Both the position numbers and the translations under genes were made by a program. Positions 29,120 through 42,707 of a stretch of 64,000 nt of DNA are shown here, piece after piece. Source of the stretch: Octopus vulgaris (lineage: Eukaryota). Position 1 is the first letter of the stretch. Every line of letters starts with the position of its first letter. The stretch is taken from assembly GCA_951406725.2 (NCBI GenBank), contig OX597814.1:4836001-4900000 (forward strand). The letters run 5' to 3'. Below the pieces are notes generated by a model that did no database searches, was not told where the DNA came from, and saw nothing but the letters and a program-made list of their open reading frames with translations.

Positions 29120-29619
29120 GTCGTCGTCGTCGTCGTCGTCGTCGTCCCCATCCGCTAGCACCCTCCCTAACATCATAAAACACCATGCATTCATGTAGAT
29201 AACTATTATATATATATATCATTATATATATTTCTCTCCAAATATATTCCATTAGTGATACTAGTTCCTGCCTACCCGTTTCTCCACCCGGGCCATACCA
29301 CTTCTTTAACCAGAGATGGAACTGTGGAAACAGTTTACCGTTTCTCACATCTCTTTATCTTACATTCTGCATTTACTGGATAAACTTTCTCCATTCTACA
29401 GCGACGACGATGACTACGATAACAAAACAAATAACAATAATAATTGATGCTTGATTATACCAATTTCGCTTCGCTTCCTCTTGAAACAAATTCTTATCGA
29501 CAATATCCATACATATACTTACATATGTATACATACACACACAGTCATATACCTATATACATACACGCATATAATACGTAATCATTGATTCTAACGTCGG
29601 CAGACGGTCTGAAAATTGT

Positions 29620-29960
29620 AGGGAAAAGAGAACAGTCGAGTGTGACGACTAGAATTTGTAACTGGTATTTATTTCGTTTTTCCTGGTAGGAAAAAAGCAA
29701 AATTGATATAGGGGTCAGGGTTTGAAGTCAGAACGTAAAGGGTCGGAACAATTAGCACGAAAAATCTTTTCTGAGACCTCAACGATCCTGCTGCCATCCT
29801 ACCGGAAGGATACGCCGAGCGAAATGCTTAGCGGTATTTCGCCTGCCTTTTAAATAAGTACCAGTTATGCACTGGGATCGATGTAATCGACTTAGTCCGT
29901 TTGTCTGTCCTTGTTTGTCCCCTATATGTTTAGCTCCCGTGGGCAGTAAAGAAATAGATA
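29620..29960. mobile_element. Two SINE family B fragments in opposite orientations
   Basis: Degenerate minus copy at about 29620-29800; plus copy cgccgagcgaaatgcttagcgg...gtgggcagtaaagaaata. Confidence 0.6.
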
Positions 29961-30118
29961 ATAATAACACTCAGTCTCAGAAGCAAACACGTTCTTCTCG
30001 CCACGTTTCTCCCAAAGTATTGCAACTCTCTTTTCAACACACACACACACAACAATCACACACAGAGGCACACATACACATATACACATGCACACACAGG
30101 CACCCATACACAAACACG

Positions 30119-30187
<69 letters not shown>

Positions 30188-31253
30188 CGTAAATTCAACA
30201 TAAAATTCTGAAATATTTCCTTCTTTCTAACGGCCATATTTAGTTCCAGCAATATCTCCCCATTTGGTCGTGTTTCTTACGAGATAAACAACATTTTAGA
30301 CGCACTAATTCGAAATCTTCAATTCGGAATTAACCGTCAAGCCGTATTTAGAATCTTTGTTTAACTCGCCATTCTTCATTTCACCACTCAGCTTATTTCT
30401 TCATATCTTCATGCATAATTTACTTCACTTTAACACTTAACATTTCTATAAATACATTGGACAACATTGAACAAATGAAATAAAAATGTCTAACGCTTTT
30501 AGCTTGAAGTTATAACAAGAGCTGCACATGTCGACCGTTTGTGTGGGCGTTTGTAAAAAAGGCCATCTAAACATCTTTACAATATTCGACTGTGAAATAT
30601 CTGGAACAGCTTTGTCACAAAATCTAAACATTTCACCCGGAGTGTAATAAAAGCTATTTCTCTTTTAATGGTATATTCTGATATAACGTCCGGATGTTAC
30701 AACGGTCGTTTCTTCATATTTGCATGTAGACATCCTGTGTGTAGAGTTAGACGTGTGACTCCTACTGTATGAGTTAGAGTTTCACGTAGACTATTATTAT
30801 TTAGTCGGCTTTCAGTATAGTGGTTAGTCAATATAGTGGTTAGCAGTCTTACTAATTATGGCATACAGAGCGTATGGAAGGGAAATTAAGATAAACACCA
30901 ATGTAAATGCTTAGTTCCTGCGTCCGTTTCACCATTTCAGTTATCTAGAACTTAGCATTGGATGTTGCGAACGCATTTGTATGCCGAACCGCAATGGATT
31001 AAGGAAACCCTTCGTTGCTTTCTGTTACAGAGATTTATTATCCATATACACACATATACATATACACACATATACATGTTACAAGGCGCGACAGAAAAAA
31101 AGAAACTTTTGTATTTTTCACGCCACATTGATGTGACGCCAGACAAATGATAATGGTGGTCTCATGCGGTTAATCTTTTGCTTTAAGTTCGGACCAGTGG
31201 CCATTTGAAAGTTTCATTGTTGCAAAGTTTATCAACAATCTAAAAGGGGCTTT

Positions 31254-31667
31254 GTATTTTTTGGTTATCTCACCCCCATTAAAAAATTATCTCACCCCCC
31301 TTAAAAAAATTGGGTTATCTCCCCCAACTGAAAAAAATTGTTTAATCCTCAATAAAACCAAAAAAAAATGAAAAATTAATAAACATGAAAAGTGAAAAGA
31401 TTAAATATCTTTTTGAATCTGATAACATTTTTATAATAAATCATACAAAACTGAAAAAAATTAGACATTTTAGTGAATCTAATACTAAATCATATCCTTC
31501 CTACTGAGGAGGCCAAACGTCGACAATGTGTTGGAAAACTGAACCAAAAGGATCCAACTCTTTTAATCCAATCTCTTGTCACCACATAAACTCAGTTTTT
31601 AAGTGCGGATATAACCCAATTTTTAATGGCAATTTTTTTAATGGGGGTGAGATAAGCAAAATGTACC
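31254..31667. mobile_element. MITE with ~30-bp TIRs
   Basis: ttttggttatctcacccccattaaaaaatt versus aatttttttaatgggggtgagataagcaaaa, plus sub-terminal repeats. Confidence 0.7.
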
Positions 31668-33390
31668 AGGAGCTTTTCCCGCATCCTGAATCTTTATAGA
31701 TGGTGTGATAGAAAAAGTTCCCATATTTTACAAGGCCATTAATGCAGCGATTGGTGGTAATGATTTCTTCGTTTAATTGATGTCTTGTTTTCTTTCAATT
31801 AGCACCATGGTGTGTATCTGTAAACATCGTTTTTCACATTAGATTGTTGTTGTTGTTGTTGTTGTAGCAGCTATTGTTAGTCGAAGAAACTGCGAAGCCA
31901 GTAATTGTGATCGAGATCAAAGTTAACATTAGTGCGGCTTGAATTCCGAGTAAAATTGGTTGAAATTATAGATTGTTAAAATATTCAACTTACCATTTAT
32001 TCTAATTCTTCACTCGTTTCTCAAAGTTACAAACGATCAATATTCCTTATTCTAGTTTCCGTAAATTAATTTCACTAATTTAATTATGAAAATATTTCTC
32101 AGAGCAATAAACAAAACATGAAACAATATCAGCCGGCTTAAAATATGGCAATCACCATATAACACATTCATTTATTTATGTCTCATTAAATACACGACTG
32201 TGTTCAAGTTTTATCTTTTATTTCTTATATTTTTTGTATTTAATTTGATGTTTTTAGAGTCAGTTTGGAACAATAAAGTTCCTAAATCCATTTCTAACAT
32301 TTCTAGACTTTCATAGCCTCATTATCAGGAATTGAATTAAATATATTTTGTGCTTGCGTTGTTTCTTATTTAATGGTTGAGCTCGTGTTGACATTTACAC
32401 CAAAGGGTTCTTTAAATGTTAACATCATGCATGAAGGGCCACGTGGTGACTGTTCGCTGTGGTCAAGCCATAATTGTATCACAATACAATGCCAGAATGA
32501 ACACACTAACAACACACGCTTCGAAAGAATTCACATGAGGCTACTGACAAAAAAGCCTAACGGTCAAAATTTTTGACTGCAACAAACACATCAACACGTG
32601 ACTGGTGACATATGTGGCTAACGGTCAAAAAACCATTGGCTGGAAATTCTACATTAGAAGCAACATCGATGTCAAGAATACGGCATTCCTGAAAAAGAGA
32701 CTGTGAAGGTCTGGAAACGTTGAATTTGATTTGGGGAATTTTATTGTTCCTAACTGTAAAAGTTAATGTGTGTGTGTGTTCATACATTCATAGATGTGAG
32801 TGTATGTACATATATGTATATACATGCATTTATATTTATGTGTGTGTTTATATACATATATATGTATATGTATGTGTATGTATGTATTTAATCTCTCTCA
32901 CTCTTTGTTTTTCTCTCTCTCTCTCTCTCTCCTTCTCTCTTATCTCCTCTCCTTGATTATCCCACTAAAGGCAAAATCCTAAAATAAGAAAAGATTTGAA
33001 CACAGTCGTATACTTAATGAAACATACATACACGCACGCACGCACACACACACACACACACACATACATACATACATACATACACACACGTATGCATACA
33101 TATAGATACATACACACATACACACATACGTACATACATACACACTCACACATAATACATACATACATATATACATACAGACACACATACATATACACAC
33201 AAGCACAGATACACACATACATGCACACATAATACACACACACACACACACGGTCATTTTTCCATCTGTGTTGACATGAGTTGGAAAACTCGCCATGAGT
33301 TGCCTCATATTGCGAGTCTCTCTGCCCACGCCCACCTTCAAGACTGGTGTTTGTACGTTTCCTTTCGCCTGCTTTCTACGGCCGGATGCC

Positions 33391-33539
<149 letters not shown>

Positions 33540-33568
33540 TAAATGAAAAGAATGGAGTCGAACCAAAA

Positions 33569-33646
<78 letters not shown>

Positions 33647-34686
33647 GCGTGTGTGTATGTGTGTGTATGTGTGTGTGTGTGTCTGTGTGCCTCTGTGTGT
33701 GTGTGTGTCTGTGTGTGCCTCTGTGTGTGTGTGTCTGTGTGTGTGTGTGTGTGTGTGTATGTGTGTGTGTATGTGTGTGTGTGTGTGTGTGTGCGTGTGT
33801 GTGTGTGTGTGTGTGTCTTTGTTTGTGTATGTGTGTGTTGAGCAAACAGGTCCGGCATCTTTCGTGCACAAGAATTCTTATATAACCACAGAATTTTAAA
33901 AAGGAATGCTTGACATGCTAAAAATATCTCGTCAGATCTCTTCCCTCTCCCTCCCTCCCTCTCTCCATCTCTCCCTCCCCCTCTCTCTCTCTCTCTTTCG
34001 CTCGTCCATTGACGTCATCGCTAAGTTTGTTGCACAACAACTGTTAAGATGTTTGTTTGTTTGTTTTTTTTGTTTCCATTTTGTTTTTATTATCTGTTGT
34101 TTTATGGAGGGTTTTTTTTTTCAAATTTATTTCAGAGAATTGTTTGCTCTCACTCATTCACTCACTCACATCTTCTGCGTCCCTCTTTCTCTCCTTACTC
34201 TCCTTTTTTCCTCCTCACCCTCTCTCTCCCTTCCACTCCTACAATAACAAAACTTCACTCTTCATTAAACAAACCAAACAGCGTCTACACGACCACTTAA
34301 TCGGCTAAAAATAGCAGTAATCACTCAAACAATCTTTATAAAATAAGAAGAAGAAAAAGAGGAGAAAAAAACAATACATTGGATAATGTAGTCCTAGATA
34401 CACTACGCCTGAATAAAATACAGGATGGTCACGGCAGGAACATAACTGACTTTACGTTGGTTAATGGCGGACTGAACCACGGAAAATTTAGCAAATTGTT
34501 AATATTTAAAATTAACCAAATTCTCCAGTTGCGGCATCAATTTATGTTTACTGTACAAATACATTCTCGCAGCACTTTCAAGTGGTGGGTATGACTTTCT
34601 CATTACAAATAAAACGTCTTTAAAAATACCTTTGACTGTTGGAATGCGCAGATTTGTTTCACAGTTTGGATATAATCCTTTCTATA

Positions 34687-34749
<63 letters not shown>

Positions 34750-35266
34750 TATGTCGAGTTAAATTGAAAACAATTCTACAGTAAACTGAAGAATTACTCA
34801 ATACAGTTTGTAGAGTATGTATTTTTACAACAAAGAAGGGTGGCGCTGACTGCGAAGTTTTGGCTTACTACCTTCGTCGGAGTATATGTGTGCGTATGTA
34901 TATGAGTATGTGTGTGTATGTATGTGCGTATGTGTGTAAAGCTGGACTCAAGAGTCATCTTCGTAGTCATAAAGCGAGACAGATGAGTGGACAATCTGTG
35001 TAAAAGTCAAGAATTGAATCGTTGAACATTCGGTTCCATAGGCGTGTCTACGAATACACGTGTGTGTGTGTGTATATATCTATTTCGTGTATGTATATAG
35101 ATAGGCTGGCTATCTATGTCCGTCTTTGCATGTTCTTATTTGTGTATGTGTGTATATATATGTGTGTCTGTGTATGTGCATATATGTGTGCCGGCGATCT
35201 ATCAACGAACATATAAAAGCTTACTAGACATTCCGAGCATCTATACTTACATACATACATACTCAC

Positions 35267-35322
<56 letters not shown>

Positions 35323-35336
35323 ATATGTATATATAT

Positions 35337-35393
<57 letters not shown>

Positions 35394-35446
35394 TGTATAA
35401 ATATGTATATATATATACATATATATATATATATGTTATATATGTA

Positions 35447-35527
<81 letters not shown>

Positions 35528-36045
35528 GTTTATACGAGATCCTATTGTACACATTTAATTATCTTATCAATGCACTCACGTGACAAATCCAGTTAGAGAT
35601 TTGTCCTTGCAGTAAAGGTTATATTAATCTCAATAATTGTGAGATAATATTTGTGTTAATTAACGTGATTAATTGGCGGATAATGATCACCCAGACATCA
35701 CTAAACAACACTTCATTTAAAGATGTTCTGGCATCGGTTTTTAATAATGAATTCCTTTATAATTCTTCGTCCAAGACTAGTAAAGACTCTTGTACATTCT
35801 TTTGTTTGACTTACTTAAAATATTTCTATTAAACAATAATAAACATCATCATCATCATCATCACCATCGTCGTCGTCGTCGTCATCATCATTATGACCAC
35901 CACCACTGTCGCCATTCTTTATTTTGTCATACTTGTAATTATTATATCCTCCTTAACAAAGTGTTGAGGTTTTACTTTTCTTCGTAGATTAGGTTCTTCT
36001 TCACCATTATCCTTATCATAGTTCTTCTAATTTCTGTTGTTTTAA

Positions 36046-36260
36046 GGCGGCGAGATGACAGAATCGTTGGCACTCTGGGCGAAATGCTTAGCGATATTTC
36101 GCTCGTCACTACGTTCAGAGTTCAAATTCCGCCGAGGTCGACTTTGCCTGTCATCCTTTCGGAGTCGATAAATTAAGTACCAGTTGCGTACTGGGGTCGA
36201 TGTAATCGACTTAGCCCATCCCCCAAAACTGCTGGCCTTGTGGCAAAATGTAAAGTCATC
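36046..36260 (+). mobile_element. SINE family B
   Basis: ggcggcgagatgacagaatcgttggcac...gccgaggtcgactttgcctgtcatcctttcgg. Confidence 0.8.
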
Positions 36261-36444
36261 GTTTTTTTTTCCCCCTTCGATCCCAGTGAAGCACCGTTGC
36301 CGGGGTTCGATTCCATCAATTTTAAGTAATTGTCATCATCTACTTCCTTGTCTGATGACAAGGTCACGTGGTTGTGATAGATATGATTGGCTTGTCATAA
36401 AGTCTAACTTGTGTGTGAGTATGTGTGTGTGTGTGTGTGTGTGC

Positions 36445-36504
<60 letters not shown>

Positions 36505-36566
36505 CAACACCAAATGGCGGTGCTCCAGCATGGCCACGGCTCGTGAGCTGAAACTAGATGAAATAA

Positions 36567-36612
<46 letters not shown>

Positions 36613-38070
36613 ATATGTATATGGGAATATACATGTATATATATGCACATATATACATATATATAATCATATTATACATTAAAACCTACAAGCATACATC
36701 ATGCATATATATACATCATGCAAATTTGCATACACATACACATACACACAAGCAAAGGTACGGTCATTTATACATACATAAAAATATGCCAAATTACGTA
36801 CATGCCTGCATACACCATACATACATATAAACATAAATACATATATTCATATATATGTGTGTGTGTACAAACATACACGTACACGTACACATGCATACAA
36901 CCAGTTATACATATATGCATACCTAACATCCATCCATACATTCGTATTTGGCGTGGGAGGATATTCATCGAGAATACGACGATAAAAATAGTTGACTTTG
37001 AAGCCATAATTGTCATCGCTATTTTATAACAGGTTAATCTTTAGAGGAATTGCCCGAGGGAACCCCTAATCCAAGATCGTAGAGGTTTTCGACTGAAATT
37101 CGACTTTACCACGCAGAGAGCCTCTACAAACAATATGGCTGGACACGATAACGCAGTTGGAGAACAGAAAGGAAAGAATATCGCCAGAGGCAAGAAGACT
37201 CTTTATTAGCTGCAGTCGCAGGAGAAACCGTTGCTGTAAAATGCGTTTGTCTTAGAGTTATGGACTCTGTATTTGATTTGTCAAAGCATGTAAGACTTTT
37301 CAAAAATTTACTATTTAAGTGCAAATGTGCATGTCTAGATATGCAGCATTCTGCATGAGAATACACACATGAAGCCAAGCATGCAAATCTGCACTTGTGC
37401 TCACTTCAAATATTACACACTCACATACTGGGAAGCATAAATATAATGTTTAAAATTCCAACGAAGGAACCGGTTCTTTCTCCATTAGCAAGAAGTCTAG
37501 AAATAAAACTAAATAAGATACATACAAACAGATACATACATTCGCCGTAATATGAGGAAAATTGGATATGTGTTTGTGGCAAAACCCTTGTTAAATTTAA
37601 GAGCAACATGCCAGACATTATGATCGTGGACTGGGTAAAAGCGTGCACAGTAATTGCCCTGCAACGTTGACCTAATGTTAAAGATAAAAGAAAAAGAATT
37701 TCACTACAAACACATGATGTACCTGTAGACATTCCACTCGAAACATTTACATTTATACCTGTGATTATTAGGGTGGGTGGTTGTGTAACTAACATCCTCA
37801 GAGCCAGTTTCGAGAAAACGGACTTCACAAAATCTGAAAGGACACCGTTAATTAGAAAGCTGGTATTACCACCAATTAATAGAACTGTAAAATATTAAAA
37901 TGTTCCTAGAGTTTGGCCTGTACACACACACATATGTATAGACATAAACAAACACACGTGCATAGACATGCAAACGTGTATGGTCACACACACATATACA
38001 TACATGTATACACGTATGCATACATACACATACAGATACACACATACATACACTATACACGCGCGCGCGC

Positions 38071-38298
<228 letters not shown>

Positions 38299-38328
38299 AT
38301 TATATATGTATATATACATATATATATA

Positions 38329-38394
<66 letters not shown>

Positions 38395-38397
<3 letters not shown>

Positions 38398-38600
38398 ACA
38401 ACTTGATCTCCTGCTGTCCAAGGTCTCAGATGAGCCTACATCACGGACAAAAATTCAAAAGAGGGCAGCAGTATCGAACTCCCTCCTTCACCAAAAGCCA
38501 ATCGCGTAAGAATGGCTATTGAAAAGGTGATTAGACTGTCGGGTGCTCTAGCATGGCCACAGCTTCTGGGCTGAAACATTTAAAAGAATAAAAGAACAAT
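38395..38600 (+). mobile_element. 3' terminal fragment of a CR1-group LINE in (TA)n
   Basis: Encodes [33 protein letters not shown], matching the C-terminus at 45.5 kb, followed by the tail gtgctctagcatggccacagcttctgggctgaaac. Confidence 0.8.
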
Positions 38601-38602
38601 AC

Positions 38603-38688
<86 letters not shown>

Positions 38689-38692
<4 letters not shown>

Positions 38693-38956
38693 GAAGCCCG
38701 TCGTATATATGTATATATATATATGCGCGTGTGTGATTGTGTGTCTGTGTTTGTCCCCCTAGCATGCTTGACAACCGATGCTGGTGTGTTTATGTCCCCG
38801 TTACTTAGCGGTTCGGCAAAAGAGACCGATAGAATAAGTACTGGGCTTACAAAAGAATAAGTCCCGGAGTCGTGTTGCTCGATTGAAAAGGCGGTGCTCC
38901 AGCATGGCCGCAGTCAAATGACTGAAGCAAGTAAAAGAGTAAAAGAGTAAAGAGTA
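38689..38956 (+). mobile_element. SINE family A, 5'-truncated
   Basis: Matches the 3' two-thirds of family A. Confidence 0.85.
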
Positions 38957-38959
38957 ATA

Positions 38960-39035
<76 letters not shown>

Positions 39036-39049
39036 GATATTGACCTGTC

Positions 39050-39440
39050 TGTTTAATTTGAACCCAAGTATGTTTCTATTGATTTTATCCTACATTAACC
39101 CGAATCTTGTTTGTATTTACCAACTCTTTCCATATCAAGCTGTTTCAACGACACTGTTAATCCATATCGCTATTTTCATTGACCTCACCCACCTCCGCCA
39201 CCTCCCTATCTATGTATTACCGCAGCCCTGTATTTCTATTAAACTGTGTCAATATCTCCATTGACCCACTCTCTGTATATTTGTATTAATCATGTTTATA
39301 TTTCCATTGACCCACTCTCTGTTTATATTTCCATTGACCCACCCTATGTACGTATTACTCCCAGCTCTGTATTAACCCACGTTTACGATCCCAATAGAAC
39401 CGTGTTTTCTATTGGTCTAAATCCGTGTTAATCTTTCCCA
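39050..39440 (+). repeat. Degenerate ~25-bp minisatellite
   Basis: Recurring tatttccattgacccactctctgt variants. Confidence 0.55.
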
Positions 39441-40051
39441 CCCGTTCCCGTTCCGGGTGTTTTGTATGTGCAAACAACAATCATCAACATTATCAACATC
39501 AAACTCATTCTGTTTCTGTAAAAGCATTCTAAATAAACTATTTCACATTTTCTTTGGAGTCTGTGTTCGTTTTTATTTGCGGTTTGATCAGAGAATGACA
39601 CTTGATGAATGTCTTCAAGGTGGGCGACCGGAAAAGAAACAGAGAAAGAAATTAGATTTACAACAAACTTCACAGTAGTGGTTCATCCCTTTGTCCTGCA
39701 CAAATAACGAGTTGATCAAATTTACAGTGTCTTTGGTCATAGGTCGACGTCATCATGACTGACCGAGGGCTAAACAATACATACAACATGCCATTCACGT
39801 CGCATGGAAGAAAGAGTCAATTAACTTAAGGGAAAAAAAAACTTCTTGTATTTCTGCTTTTATAGCTATCCTGCTGCGCTGCAAATATTCAATATCAGTT
39901 ACATTCAAAACCACAGCTTCCTCACAATGCAATCATAGATCCGTTTTATGTATCTGTACCTGCAACCACCTCCATTTTACGATGTTTGTCATCGAGGTTC
40001 GATTTTTTTTTTTTCCTTTTTCCTTTCCCTTTTCTTTTAATAATTAACAAT

Positions 40052-40263
40052 ACTTTTTTACTCTTTTACTTGTTTCAGTCATTTGACTGCGGCCATGCTG
40101 GAGCACCGCCTTTAGTCGAGCAACTCGACCCCGGGACTTATTCTTTGTAAGCCCAGTACTTATTCTATCGGTCTCTTTTTGCCGAACCGCTAAGTGACGG
40201 GGGACATAAACACTCCAGCATCGGTTGTCAAGCAATGCTAGGGGGACAAACACAGACACACAA

Positions 40264-40344
<81 letters not shown>

Positions 40345-40503
40345 TACGACAGGCTTCTTTCAGTTTCCGTCTACCAAATCCACTCACAAGGCATTTAGTC
40401 GACCCGAGGCTATAGCAGAAGACACTTGCCCAAGGTGCCACGCAGTGGGACTGAACCCGGAACCATGTGGTTGGTAGGCAAGCTACTTACCACACAGCCA
40501 CTC
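40052..40503 (-). mobile_element. SINE family A
   Basis: Full-length reverse-complement copy with an expanded internal (TA)n. Confidence 0.88.
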
Positions 40504-40581
40504 TTTTCAAAATATAATTTTCAAAATATCAAATGTGATAAAACATGTTGCCCGTTCACCAACAATATGATTATAACAATT

Positions 40582-40790
40582 TAGGGTGTTCAAAAAGTCT
40601 CAAGCGATACTTGGACACTGATCCTTTATTTGCTCCCCAGAAAAAAAAGTCTTGCGGCGTTAAATCAGGTGATCTTGGTGGCCAAAGTCGCTCCGAAATA
40701 ATTCGTTCATCGAAAAACTCTTCAAGTAGCGCCATGGTGATGCGCAGGTTTAAAACAAATTCGCTACGGAAAGACTTTTTGAACACCCTG
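40582..40790 (-). mobile_element. Internally deleted Tc1/mariner (~210 bp)
   Basis: TIRs agggtgttcaaaaagtct / agactttttgaacaccct; retains ISERLWPPRSPDLTPQDFFFWG. Confidence 0.85.
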
Positions 40791-41690
<900 letters not shown>

Positions 41691-42081
41691 TGAACATATT
41701 TGTACGAATGGTTGCATGGCTCAACGAACGTCTCTTGTTTCGCCATGTCTATTTTCGAAGTGGCGACAATGGCGGACCTATCGAGACAATCATTTAGCCA
41801 TCGCCTGTACATTTTGTTGTGTCTTTCTGTCGTCTGCCCATTGTTAGTTTGAAGGAAAGAAGCATAGCAAACGCTTCACAGCTCTACACTTGAGACGATC
41901 CAGTTCAGTGGAAATAGAAAACGAAGTAGATCGTTCATTCATCTATTTTCATATCATTTGTGGCGTCGAAACCACGGCAGCTCGACATCACTGTCAGCAA
42001 CAATAAAGTTTCTCTTTTTAAAAACAGTCCTGCTACCTTGGTAGAGAGTTTCATTGTCGTTAGGTAGATTTGTGTGTGAGC

Positions 42082-42126
<45 letters not shown>

Positions 42127-42253
42127 GGCAAATATGCACATATGCTTTCAATATGTTATATCTGTGTGTGTGTGTGTGTGTACACACATATATACATATA
42201 CAATAATATATATATATACTTACATATAAGAGAACAAAGTGTACGCACGCCGT

Positions 42254-42296
<43 letters not shown>

Positions 42297-42298
<2 letters not shown>

Positions 42299-42698
42299 TC
42301 TTTTACTTGTTTCAGTCATCTGACTGCGGTCATGCTGGAGCACCGCCTTTAGTCGAGTAAATCGACCCCGGGACTTATTCTTTGTAAGCCCAGTACTTAT
42401 TCTATCGGTCTCTTTTGCCGAACCGCTAAGTGGCGGGGACGTAAACACACCAGCATCGGTTGTCAAGCAATGCTAGGGGGACAAACACAGGCACACAAAC
42501 ATATACACTCACACTTATATATATACACATATATACGACAGGCTTCTTTCAGTTTCCGTCTACCAAATCCACTCACAAGGCATTGGTCGGCCCGGGGCTA
42601 TAGCAGAAGACACTTGCCCAAGATGCCACGCAGCGGGACTGAACCCGGAACCATGTGGTTGGTTAGCAAGCTACTTATCACACAGCCACTCCTGCGCC
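42297..42698 (-). mobile_element. SINE family A, head-to-head with the LINE
   Basis: Full-length reverse-complement copy in (TA)n. Confidence 0.88.
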
Positions 42699-42707
42699 TA
42701 TATATAT

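Noticed and set aside
34010-34017. Perfect CRE palindrome TGACGTCA (also at 490-497)
   Set aside because: An 8-mer expected about once by chance in 64 kb, with no linked exon or start-site evidence.
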